From contig JAEDCN010000009.1 of assembly GCA_016294105.1 (NCBI GenBank), positions 4,867 to 68,866 of the forward strand: a stretch of DNA of 64,000 nucleotides, written 5' to 3'. The notes under the pieces are model-generated. The model had not been told where the DNA came from. It saw only the letters and a program-made list of their open reading frames with translations, and searched no databases. Shown here piece by piece: positions 56,570 through 64,000 of this stretch (the stretch's first letter is position 1; every line of letters begins with the position of its first letter). Position numbers and translations under genes: made by a program. The DNA is from Treponema sp. (lineage in GTDB: Bacteria; Spirochaetota; Spirochaetia; Treponematales; Treponemataceae).

Positions 56570-57649
56570 CTAGCCCATACGTGGAGCATCTGCCCTAGAG
56601 GTGTCTACAGTAAGTCCTGCTGCTGCAGCAAGAGGAGCCAGCATACTTGGAGCTGTAGTGTTTTCCTCGCTGATACAGCGCTTTCCCGGATAGATGGCAT
56701 ATTTTTTCTTGCAGTCATCAGGAGAAAAATTAGGCATTACCACGTTGGCTCCCTGCATCAGGGCATCAAGACGATAATCTCTGTCCATGCTCCCCAAGGC
56801 AGTAGTGGCGGGAATCCAGGCTTCGGGCAGCAATAGGCGAGCAAGCGATACCGTTCTCAAGGTCAAGTCTACACTTCCCGCTTTTTCATTACGAAAAGGT
56901 GTGTCGGGATGGGGAATAAAAGGACCAATTCCCACCATATCGTATCCCTTTTCTGCAAAAAAAAGCAGATCCTTTACTATGTGGCTTGTTGTTTGACCAG
57001 GAACACCAATCATCAGGCCGCTTCCTGTTTGGTAGCCCAAGGATTGCAAGGTGTCCAGACACTGGATGCGAGTTTCAACCTGCCGCCCCTGATGCAAGGA
57101 AGCGTAGAGCTCAGGATCGCTGCTTTCAATTCGTAACAGGAAGCGGTCTGCTCCAGCTGCCTTCCAACGGCGGTAATCTTCTGCACTCCGTTCCCCCACA
57201 GACAGGGTGATGGCAAGATTGGGATGGGCAGCCTTAACGGAACGAAGCACCTCCTCCAAAAACTCAGCCCTTGTTCCATCTTCCCCTGACTGAAGCACCA
57301 TGGTACCGATTTGGGCATCACAAATGGCGCTGGCACAACTTAAGATTTCTTCTTTGGTAAGCCGATACCGTTCAGCCCGTGGATTCCCCCGATTCAAGCC
57401 ACAGTACAGGCAGGTATTACCACAATAGCTGGAAAATTCCACCAATCCCCGCACAGCAAGCCGTGGCCCACACCAGCGGTTTCTCATGTCCACTCCAGCT
57501 TGAGCCAGCTGAGACAATGCATCTTGATCTTGAGTCTCCAAAAACCAGATAATGGCAGAGGTAACAGCTTCCTTTTGGGAAGGAAGATGCCCCTTTCTGC
57601 ATTCCTGACCGTATGTAATGATGGTATCAATAGCTTGTTGAACCTTCAT
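56570..57649 (-). CDS. hydE: [FeFe]-hydrogenase maturase HydE (radical SAM)
   Basis: CGNTCLYCGL radical SAM motif on a BioB-like scaffold. I prefer the ATG at 57649 (MKVQQAIDTI), which forms an ATGA overlap with the hydF stop. Confidence 0.85.
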   Translation of the reverse strand: MKVQQAIDTIITYGQECRKGHLPSQKEAVTSAIIWFLETQDQDALSQLAQAGVDMRNRWCGPRLAVRGLVEFSSYCGNTCLYCGLNRGNPRAERYRLTKEEILSCASAICDAQIGTMVLQSGEDGTRAEFLEEVLRSVKAAHPNLAITLSVGERSAEDYRRWKAAGADRFLLRIESSDPELYASLHQGRQVETRIQCLDTLQSLGYQTGSGLMIGVPGQTTSHIVKDLLFFAEKGYDMVGIGPFIPHPDTPFRNEKAGSVDLTLRTVSLARLLLPEAWIPATTALGSMDRDYRLDALMQGANVVMPNFSPDDCKKKYAIYPGKRCISEENTTAPSMLAPLAAAAGLTVDTSRADAPRMG

Positions 57650-58905
57650 TTTGCCTCCCGATAGGCTGCTAAAGCCTGTGGAAAGGGAGACAAACACCGT
57701 TCCAGCACTCCTGTAAGGGCGGCAATGGTCATACCATAGTTGGTGATGGGAACAGAAACTGCCGAGGCAGCTTCAATTCTATTGCCCATTTCCCGATTGG
57801 TCAGCATACAGCCACCACAATGGATAACCACGTCATATTCATTAAGATTGTGAGGATAGTCCTTGCCATTACAATGGCTAATGGTCAAAGGTGCATTCTT
57901 AGTGTAGGAGGCAATCCATCGAGGAATCTTTACCCGGGCAATGTCGTCCTCGATGGAATGGTGGGTACAGGCTTCTGCAATAAGCACCCGATCCCCAGCC
58001 GAAAGCTTTTCGATTCTGGCTGCACCACGAGCTTGCTCCACCATATCCCCCTTGCTACGAGAAAGCAGAATAGAAAAGGTAGTACAGGGAATGTCTTCAG
58101 GACAGGCCTGGCAAATTTCCTTGGCCACCTGGGAATCACACACCACCAAGCAGGGCGCCTCAGCAAGAGCTTTCAAAGTGGCAGAAAATTCCTGGGGTTG
58201 GGTTACCACCGCAACACCATGGCCATCCAAGGCCTCTCGAATGGCCATCACCTGAGGCATAATGAGTCGTCCCTTAGGAGCCTCACTGTCAATGGGAGCA
58301 ACCAAAACTACTAGTGGCAAGCCTTCAACATGTTCCAGTAAGTCCAAGAGCAGTGGCGGCTTTTTCGTTTCAGCCTTTGTTACCTGGGCAACAAGGTTCG
58401 TGAATTCCTGCAACACCCGCTGCCTCTCTTCAGCAAGCTGCTGAGCCTTGTGGCAGGAAAGGGGCAAAATCCCCGCCGCCTTTTTGGCAAGAGTCTCCAT
58501 TTCACCCTGCTCAAGAGGATGTAGATCAATCTTGTTGCGAAGAATCAGCAAGGGAGTGGAGGTTTTCTTGCAGGCAGCTGCCACAGCTTGTGCCTCCTCT
58601 CCCCATTCACCAGTATCCACCACCAAAACTGCCACATCCACTGCCTTCAAGGCCTTTTCTGTGGCAGCTATACGATGAGGTCCCAAAATTGAAGTATCAT
58701 CCAAGCCTGCAGTATCTACCAAAATGACAGGTCCCACAGGAGGAAGCTCCATGTTTTTTTCCACAACGTCGGTGGTGGTTCCAGCCTGCTCCGATACAAT
58801 GGCCGTTGACTGACCAGTAAGCAGGTTTAACAGGCTGGACTTTCCCGTATTGGTCTTACCAAAAAATCCGATTCGTAATCGCATGGATTTTGGTGCTTGT
58901 TCCAT
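57646..58905 (-). CDS. hydF: [FeFe]-hydrogenase maturation GTPase HydF
   Basis: G1 motif GKTNTGKSS, plus DTAG and NKID. The C-terminal Cys/His cluster region reads CTHH...HCGGC. Confidence 0.88.
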   Translation of the reverse strand: MEQAPKSMRLRIGFFGKTNTGKSSLLNLLTGQSTAIVSEQAGTTTDVVEKNMELPPVGPVILVDTAGLDDTSILGPHRIAATEKALKAVDVAVLVVDTGEWGEEAQAVAAACKKTSTPLLILRNKIDLHPLEQGEMETLAKKAAGILPLSCHKAQQLAEERQRVLQEFTNLVAQVTKAETKKPPLLLDLLEHVEGLPLVVLVAPIDSEAPKGRLIMPQVMAIREALDGHGVAVVTQPQEFSATLKALAEAPCLVVCDSQVAKEICQACPEDIPCTTFSILLSRSKGDMVEQARGAARIEKLSAGDRVLIAEACTHHSIEDDIARVKIPRWIASYTKNAPLTISHCNGKDYPHNLNEYDVVIHCGGCMLTNREMGNRIEAASAVSVPITNYGMTIAALTGVLERCLSPFPQALAAYREAK

Positions 58906-58914
58906 TCCTTCCCC

Positions 58915-60330
58915 CTAGAACCGGAAATCCCGCTTTCCTCGCATTCCCTCTTGAAGGTAATTTTCAGCCAAACGACGAACCTTCAAGTCAGGAATCCGGA
59001 ACAATTCCTTTGCAATAAGCTGGGTTCCAATGGACTTTGTTTCCGCAGAAGCATAATCCTCCAAATACTCCTGCAGGGTAATCAGTGCATTGGGATGGCA
59101 GCAGTTACCAATTTGACCAGATTTTACTAGCTCCATAAATCGGTCTCCCGTTCGGCCTGCCCGATAACAGGCTGTACAGAAGCTAGGAACGTATTTTTGC
59201 TCCATAAGCCAACGGACGATTTCATCCAAGGTTCGAGTATCGCTTACATCAAACTGGGCAGTCTCATCATGGCGCTCCTCCTGGGTATAGCCACCAACAC
59301 TGGTGCGGGAGCCACCGGAAATCTGGGAAACACCTAAACGCATTACCCGCTCCCGCACAGCCTGGGACTCACGGGTAGACACAATCATTCCAGTATAAGG
59401 CACCGCTAAGCGGATAATGGTAACAATCTTAGCAAAGGTATCGTCATCAATTCCGTTGGCAAAGGAAGAAGCATCGATTCCATCTGCATCACGAATTCGA
59501 GGTACACTGATGGTATGAGGCCCCACACCCTTAGCTGCTTCAAGGTGCTCTGCGTGCATCAGCAAGCCCACCAAATCATAGCGATACAGGTTCAAGCCAA
59601 AAAGCACTCCAATACCCACATCATCAATGCCACCGTCCATGGCTCTATCCATGGCTTCTGTATGCCAGTCGTAATTGCTCTTGGGACCAGTGGGATGGAG
59701 CTTTTCGTAGGTTTCCTTGTGGTAGGTTTCCTGGAACAGGATATAAGTTCCAATTTCCGCCTCGTGGAGCATTCTGTATTCTTCCACCGTAGTAGCGGCA
59801 ATGTTCACGTTTACACGACGGATGGCACCATTTTTGTGTTTAACAGAATAGATGGTATTAATACTTTCCAGAATATATTCAATGGGATTGTGCTTTGGAT
59901 CCTCTCCGGCTTCCAGTGCAAGTCGTTTGTGTCCCATATCCTGCAGGGCAATAACCTCTCGCCGAATATCTTCCTGACTCAGCTTGACGCGGGGAATAGT
60001 TTTATTGCTTCCGTGATAAGGACAATAGGTACAGCCGTTAATGCAATAATTTGACAAGTACAAGGGAGCAAACAAAACAATTCTGTTGCCATAGATTCTC
60101 AGCTTTAATTCCTGGGCGATATTTTCCATGGCTGTGTTCAAGTCGTCCTGGTCACACTCCAGCAAAACAGCTGCTTCCCGATGGGTCAATCCACCGCCTT
60201 TGCGAGCCTTTTCAAGAATGTCTCCAATAAGCTGGCGATCAGACTTGTGGGCACTGGCCCATTCCAAGGTGTCTAAAATTTCCTGATGGTCAATAAATTC
60301 CTGAGCATGAGGTGAAGCTACATTATACAT
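58915..60330 (-). CDS. hydG: [FeFe]-hydrogenase maturase HydG (radical SAM tyrosine lyase)
   Basis: 471 aa with CINGCTYCPY on a ThiH-like core. The C-terminal extension carries CTACYR...GNCCHPN. Confidence 0.9.
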   Translation of the reverse strand: MYNVASPHAQEFIDHQEILDTLEWASAHKSDRQLIGDILEKARKGGGLTHREAAVLLECDQDDLNTAMENIAQELKLRIYGNRIVLFAPLYLSNYCINGCTYCPYHGSNKTIPRVKLSQEDIRREVIALQDMGHKRLALEAGEDPKHNPIEYILESINTIYSVKHKNGAIRRVNVNIAATTVEEYRMLHEAEIGTYILFQETYHKETYEKLHPTGPKSNYDWHTEAMDRAMDGGIDDVGIGVLFGLNLYRYDLVGLLMHAEHLEAAKGVGPHTISVPRIRDADGIDASSFANGIDDDTFAKIVTIIRLAVPYTGMIVSTRESQAVRERVMRLGVSQISGGSRTSVGGYTQEERHDETAQFDVSDTRTLDEIVRWLMEQKYVPSFCTACYRAGRTGDRFMELVKSGQIGNCCHPNALITLQEYLEDYASAETKSIGTQLIAKELFRIPDLKVRRLAENYLQEGMRGKRDFRF

Positions 60331-60340
60331 ACATCACCCC

Positions 60341-60592
60341 CTATACCTTTGCCAAGGTAGACTTTACAGTTACATTGGACAATTGTCCAACCTTTCCAGT
60401 AAGAGAACCGATTTCGTCAGTGGTTGCATCCACAATTAAGGTGATGATGTTTAAATCACGTTCTTGATAGGGAATCCCCATACGCCCAATGATAATGTGT
60501 CCAAACTGACTGAGAATGTCATTAAGCTGCTTGGAAGACCCTTCCCGATTTTTCACAATAATGGCAATTACGCCTACATTGCGTTCACTCAT
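60341..60592 (-). CDS. Small ACT-like protein of the TM1266 type (putative iron-only hydrogenase system regulator)
   Basis: I prefer the ATG at 60592 (MSERNVGVIAIIVKNREGSSKQLNDILSQFGHIIIGRMGIPY...), after GGAGG. It lies immediately upstream of hydG. The track's 146-aa version adds an unlikely N-terminus. Confidence 0.7.
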   Translation of the reverse strand: MSERNVGVIAIIVKNREGSSKQLNDILSQFGHIIIGRMGIPYQERDLNIITLIVDATTDEIGSLTGKVGQLSNVTVKSTLAKV

Positions 60593-60790
60593 AAATACCT
60601 CCAAAATCGCTGGAGGCCTGATGATATGGGGGCACGATGCACCAGAATGCAAAATGCATGAGGTGCTTTCTTTTTGTACGCTCCCCTTGGCTTCAAAGTA
60701 CAAATACTTCTGACCGCAGGCACAACGATATATAAAGATACTACTCTTTTTTAAAGAAAGATACAAGTCTTGAAAATACAAAAAACACTA
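60593..60790 (-). promoter_or_regulatory. Structured 5' leader of the ACT-hydGFE operon with an RBS-sequestering hairpin
   Basis: In minus-strand RNA, CCUCCA (60616-60611) can pair with the UGGAGG Shine-Dalgarno sequence (60603-60598). Further upstream lie hairpins GCACC...GGTGC (60639-60666) and TTTGTAC...GTACAAA. I recognise no known riboswitch consensus. Confidence 0.4.
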
Positions 60791-60794
60791 TTCT

Positions 60795-60820
60795 AAAAAA
60801 ACCCCGCCAATAGACGGGGC
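60795..60820 (-). terminator. Rho-independent terminator following the repeat array
   Basis: On the minus strand: GCCCCGTC tatt GGCGGGG followed by T7. Confidence 0.7.
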
Positions 60821-60825
60821 ATTTT

Positions 60826-61090
60826 AGCTTCAGCTTGCTAGTTGAGTTTCTACCGCTTTATTTATTTAATGCGGTAGAAACGTCAGGACGCAAGCTGTCG
60901 CTTGCTAATGGAGTTTCTACTGCCTTATTTATTAAGGGCGGTGGAAACATCAGGACGTAAGCCTTCGGCTTACTAGTTGAGTTTCTACCGCTTTATTTAT
61001 TTAATGCGGTAGAAACATCAGGACGCAAGCCTTCGGCTTACTAGTGGAGTTTCCACTGCTTATTTGCTAAGGGCAGTGGAAACATCCACG
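60826..61090. repeat. Four tandem ~67-bp structured repeat units; the last unit contains the 3' end and stop codon of the GGGtGRT gene
   Basis: Units start at about 60826, 60892, 60959 and 61027. Each has a short hairpin (AAGCC ttc GGCTT; variants AAGC tgtc GCTT and AGCT tc AGCT) and a long hairpin (GTTTCTACCGC ...13-14 nt AT loop... GCGGTAGAAAC; the last unit has GTTTCCACTGC...GCAGTGGAAAC). Confidence 0.95.
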
Positions 61091-62070
61091 GCGACGGCAA
61101 CGGTGGCACCAACCATGGGGTTGTTTCCGATTCCCAAGAATCCCATCATTTCTACGTGGGCAGGAACGGAAGAAGAACCTGCAAACTGAGCATCAGAGTG
61201 CATTCTTCCCATGGTATCGGTCATGCCGTAGGAAGCAGGACCTGCGGCCATGTTGTCGGGGTGCAAGGTACGACCAGTTCCACCACCAGAAGCAACGGAG
61301 AAGTACTTCTTGCCCTTCTCTACACATTCCTTCTTGTAGGTACCAGCTACAGGGTGCTGGAAGCGAGTGGGGTTGGTGGAGTTACCAGTAATGGAAACGT
61401 CAACTCCCTCGTGCCACATAATGGCTACACCTTCACGAACATCGTCTGCACCATAGCACTTTACCTTTGCACGGTTACCCTTGGAGTAAGGAATCTCCTT
61501 TACAACCTTCAGCTCACCAGTGTAATAGTCAAACTGGGTCTGTACATAGGTAAATCCGTTGATACGGCTAATAATCTGAGCAGCGTCCTTTCCAAGACCG
61601 TTCAAGATACAACGCAGGGGCTCCTTACGTACCTTGTCTGCCTTGGCGGCAATCTTAATAGCTCCCTCAGCAGCAGCAAAGGACTCGTGACCAGCCAAGA
61701 AGGCAAAGCACTTTGTCTCTTCCCGCAACAAACGAGCAGCCAGGTTTCCGTGACCCAAACCAACCTTGCGGTCTTCGGCTACAGAGCCAGGAATACAGAA
61801 GGCCTGCAAACCAATTCCGATTGCTTCAGCAGCATCGGCAGCGTTCTTGCATCCCTTCTTGATGGCAATGGCAGCACCAACAACATAGGCCCACTTTGCG
61901 TTTTCAAAACAAATGGGCTGTGTTTCCTCTACAGTCTTGTAGGGATTGATGCCAGCCTTGTCACAAATATCCTTAGCCTCTTCAATAGAAGCGATTCCGT
62001 TTTCATTCAACGCCTTGTTGATCTTGTCGATGCGGCGCTCATAGCTTTCAAATGTAATCTTATCTGCCAT
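61060..62070 (-). CDS. GGGtGRT-family protein (function unknown)
   Basis: 336 aa containing the family-defining SGGGTGRTLHPDN segment. Confidence 0.85.
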   Translation of the reverse strand: MADKITFESYERRIDKINKALNENGIASIEEAKDICDKAGINPYKTVEETQPICFENAKWAYVVGAAIAIKKGCKNAADAAEAIGIGLQAFCIPGSVAEDRKVGLGHGNLAARLLREETKCFAFLAGHESFAAAEGAIKIAAKADKVRKEPLRCILNGLGKDAAQIISRINGFTYVQTQFDYYTGELKVVKEIPYSKGNRAKVKCYGADDVREGVAIMWHEGVDVSITGNSTNPTRFQHPVAGTYKKECVEKGKKYFSVASGGGTGRTLHPDNMAAGPASYGMTDTMGRMHSDAQFAGSSSVPAHVEMMGFLGIGNNPMVGATVAVAVDVSTALSK

Positions 62071-62085
62071 TTTCTCACCTCCGCC

Positions 62086-62787
62086 TTACTCGTGCCGTGG
62101 GTCAATCAGCTTCACAGCACCATCTTCTGGAGTGGTGCGGCCATAAGAACCACGAGCCTTTTCCATAGCTGTGGCAGGATCGTCGCCCTTCTTGATAAAG
62201 TCCATCATCTTACCAAAGTGGATGAACTTGTATCCGATAATGGCGCCTTCCTCATCAACGGCAACCTGCTCAACATAGCCTTCTGCCATCTCAAGGTAAC
62301 GGGGACCCTTCTTCAAAGTGGCAAACATGGTTCCAACCTGGGAACGCAGACCCTTTCCAAGGTCTTCCAGAGAGGCACCAACTACCAGACCACCCTCACT
62401 GAAGGCAGACTGACTGCGACCATATACAATCTGCAGGAACAGCTCGCGCATAGCAGTATTGATAGCATCACAAACCAAGTCAGTGTTCAGAGCCTCAAGA
62501 ATAGTCTTTCCGATGAGGATCTCAGAAGCCATTGCAGCAGAATGGGTCATTCCAGAACAACCGATGGTTTCTACCAATGCTTCCTGAATGACTCCTTCCT
62601 TAACATTCAAAGTCAACTTACAAGCACCCTGCTGGGGAGCACACCAACCCACACCATGAGTAAAGCCAGAAATGTCCTTCACTTCCTTTGCCTGCACCCA
62701 CTTTCCTTCCTGGGGAATGGGAGCTGGTCCATGATAGGCGGACTTAACCAGTGGACACATATGCTCCACTTCTGTTGAATACACCAT
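62086..62787 (-). CDS. NifU/IscU-like iron-sulfur cluster scaffold-domain protein (the usual partner of GGGtGRT genes)
   Basis: 233 aa. The Cys positions (WCAPQQGAC...GCSGMTHSA) are arranged as in NifU-N-like domains. It lies directly upstream of the GGGtGRT gene. Confidence 0.7.
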   Translation of the reverse strand: MVYSTEVEHMCPLVKSAYHGPAPIPQEGKWVQAKEVKDISGFTHGVGWCAPQQGACKLTLNVKEGVIQEALVETIGCSGMTHSAAMASEILIGKTILEALNTDLVCDAINTAMRELFLQIVYGRSQSAFSEGGLVVGASLEDLGKGLRSQVGTMFATLKKGPRYLEMAEGYVEQVAVDEEGAIIGYKFIHFGKMMDFIKKGDDPATAMEKARGSYGRTTPEDGAVKLIDPRHE

Positions 62788-62964
62788 AGATTTTCTCCTC
62801 GAAAAATTGAAGAATATGTTCCTTTTTGGAACTGTAGCATTATACCATATATATACCCTAAAAGCTAGTATCCAAGAGTTAATATTCTATATTTTCATAT
62901 CTAATTGCATTTGACAGACTATTTTCTTTCGTGTTAGTCTGTAAAAAATCATTTTGGAGGAAGA

Positions 62965-63402
62965 ATGAAACAAAAAATTTTTATTATTTTGCTACTTTTT
63001 TTCACTTTGTACCTTGGAGCCCAGAGTAATTCTAGCCAGCAATTTACCATAGGAGGAACAGGTCCTGCAGGAGGCACCATCTTTGCCATCTCCAAGAATT
63101 TTGTCTGGGAAATGAGCGAGCCTTTGGGCCACATGACCTGGGACAAGGCCTTCAAATCCTGTCCCCAATATCAGGGAGGAGGCTACACTGACTGGTACTT
63201 GCCCACCAAGGATGAGTTGGAAAACATGTACTACAACGTAATAAAGCCAGGTCTTGTAAAGGACCACGAAGCCTATTGGTCATCAAATCAGGAAGAAAGC
63301 ATGGCATTGTGGGGCTACAACTTTAAAAAAGGTCGTCCAGGATTGTATGGTGCTGCAAAAAAATTAGCAGTCAGAGCGGTGAGATGCTTTTCAATCCAAT
63401 AG
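62965..63402 (+). CDS. DUF1566 (Lcl C-terminal-like) domain secreted/lipoprotein
   Basis: A signal peptide, then GGYTDWYLPTKDELENMY...YWSSN...AVRCF, typical of DUF1566. Confidence 0.75.
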   Translation: MKQKIFIILLLFFTLYLGAQSNSSQQFTIGGTGPAGGTIFAISKNFVWEMSEPLGHMTWDKAFKSCPQYQGGGYTDWYLPTKDELENMYYNVIKPGLVKDHEAYWSSNQEESMALWGYNFKKGRPGLYGAAKKLAVRAVRCFSIQ

Positions 63403-63515
63403 CATCTCTGTTGCTTTCAAATTTAACTGCATCGGCAATGCTTCCAAATCCATCAACATCGCTGGTGTTTTAAGTTAAACCTACTACAGATACTTTTTAT
63501 GATTTAAAATGAAAA

Positions 63516-63580
63516 AGGGCTGTTTGGTGGAAAGCTTCATGAAGAATCTTCACAAAGTTTTCACCACAGCCCTTTTTTAT
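63516..63580. terminator. Long imperfect hairpin with flanking A/T runs, a bidirectional terminator
   Basis: AAAAAGGGCTGT..GGTG...CACCACAGCCCTTTTTT. Confidence 0.65.
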
Positions 63581-63613
63581 TTAGCCTTCGATTACTTGTT
63601 GAAGTAACCTACC

Positions 63614-64000
63614 CTAGTCTTTTGCTTCAACAACTTGTCCTAACATGGTATCAAGCATAATCAAGCAACGTGGCACGTGGAAGGGTCCCTTAAAGGTACT
63701 TCCCTTGGTAGAAGGCATGGTAGGCTTGCCATCACGGCGCAGATAGCCATACCACTCTCCATATTCAGGATCGCAGAAGTACTGCTTGCAGTAGTCCACA
63801 ACCTTATTAAACCAATCAAGGTATTCCTGACGGCCAGTATCACGATAAATCATCAAGCTGGCAATAAGCATTTCGTTATGAGGCCACCACAGCTTCATAT
63901 CATGCTCATAAGCTTCAGGAGGATTGCCAAGACAATCAGTAAAGTACAGGAGTCCCTGATACTCATTGTCCCAACCGCCCTTTGCAGCCCAGTCAAAGAT
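63614..64000 (-). CDS. N-acylglucosamine 2-epimerase (AGE)/cellobiose 2-epimerase family protein, C-terminal part (gene runs off the window end)
   Basis: I checked by hand that the frame stays open from 63898 to 64000 (..WDNEYQGLLYFTDCLGNPPEAYEHDMKLWWPHNE..). KLWWPHNE and the FKGPFHVPR blocks are AGE-family features. Confidence 0.8.
   Translation of the reverse strand: MFDWAAKGGWDNEYQGLLYFTDCLGNPPEAYEHDMKLWWPHNEMLIASLMIYRDTGRQEYLDWFNKVVDYCKQYFCDPEYGEWYGYLRRDGKPTMPSTKGSTFKGPFHVPRCLIMLDTMLGQVVEAKD

Noticed and set aside
60593-60781. An N-terminal 63-residue extension of the ACT-like ORF (the 146-aa version)
   Set aside because: The extension is Cys-, Tyr- and Leu-rich nonsense with no RBS, while the ATG at 60592 has a GGAGG RBS and gives the typical ~83-aa family size. 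The region is better explained as a structured leader.
60826-61090. Possible CRISPR array
   Set aside because: The entire ~67-bp unit repeats with no unique spacers between the copies. The unit is derived from the adjacent gene's 3' end, and there are no cas genes in the window.
61156-62778. A 540-aa plus-strand ORF spanning two minus-strand genes
   Set aside because: It is antisense to two ORFs with recognisable family signatures (the GGGtGRT motif and a NifU-like domain). Its translation is low-complexity (rich in L, S, T, G and N) with no recognisable motif. Long antisense frames are expected opposite codon-biased genes.
1-64000. tRNA genes, tmRNA, an integrase/transposase or a 16S/23S rRNA
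   Set aside because: I scanned the intergenic regions by eye for T-loop-like GGTTCGAATCC-type motifs and for large non-coding gaps, and found none. This is a weak negative; tRNAscan-SE or Infernal should confirm it.

Overview
The window looks like chromosomal DNA from an anaerobe. The gene content and style look spirochaete or Treponema-like, but that is an impression only. It has two parts.

(A) About 1-13100 is an accessory, defence-type region with a mosaic composition. The blocks at 1-5980 and 8470-9300 are visibly AT-rich by eye (not computed). This region contains:
- a LlaJI/McrBC-like restriction-modification operon: an m5C methyltransferase, a McrB-like GTPase, and an edge-truncated McrC-like gene that the ORF track lacks
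- an overlapping two-gene module I do not recognise as a described system: a PIN-GNAT-PUA(EVE-like) fusion plus a small ASCH protein
- five tandem 23-24 bp palindromic iteron-like repeats next to an XRE regulator and an HU-like/DUF4469-like gene
- a TacT-like GNAT gene with an unannotated 56-codon upstream partner and a promoter/operator
- a four-gene TerY-P cluster: TerY-C zinc-ribbon protein, Ser/Thr kinase, vWA protein and PP2C-Sel1 phosphatase
- a decayed Rpn-family fragment

(B) About 13800-64000 is mostly housekeeping and metabolism:
- alr, a CCA-adding enzyme, rsmD, rlmN, LeuCD-like dehydratase, NADP-IDH, murI, an MtaB-like enzyme, bactofilin, pta, deoC, ferredoxin, an M23 peptidase, glgC, a MATE pump and a mutarotase
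- a five-gene translationally coupled operon joining sugar-nucleotide enzymes to a divergent xanthine-dehydrogenase-family trimer
- a stand-alone 5S rRNA gene with its own consensus promoter
- an operon of an ACT-domain regulator plus hydG, hydF and hydE
- a GGGtGRT/NifU-like pair followed by a 4 x ~67 bp structured tandem array derived from the gene's own 3' end

No CRISPR array, tRNA gene, transposase or integrase was recognised. The best candidate for an undescribed system is the PIN-GNAT-PUA + ASCH module at 3678-5532.
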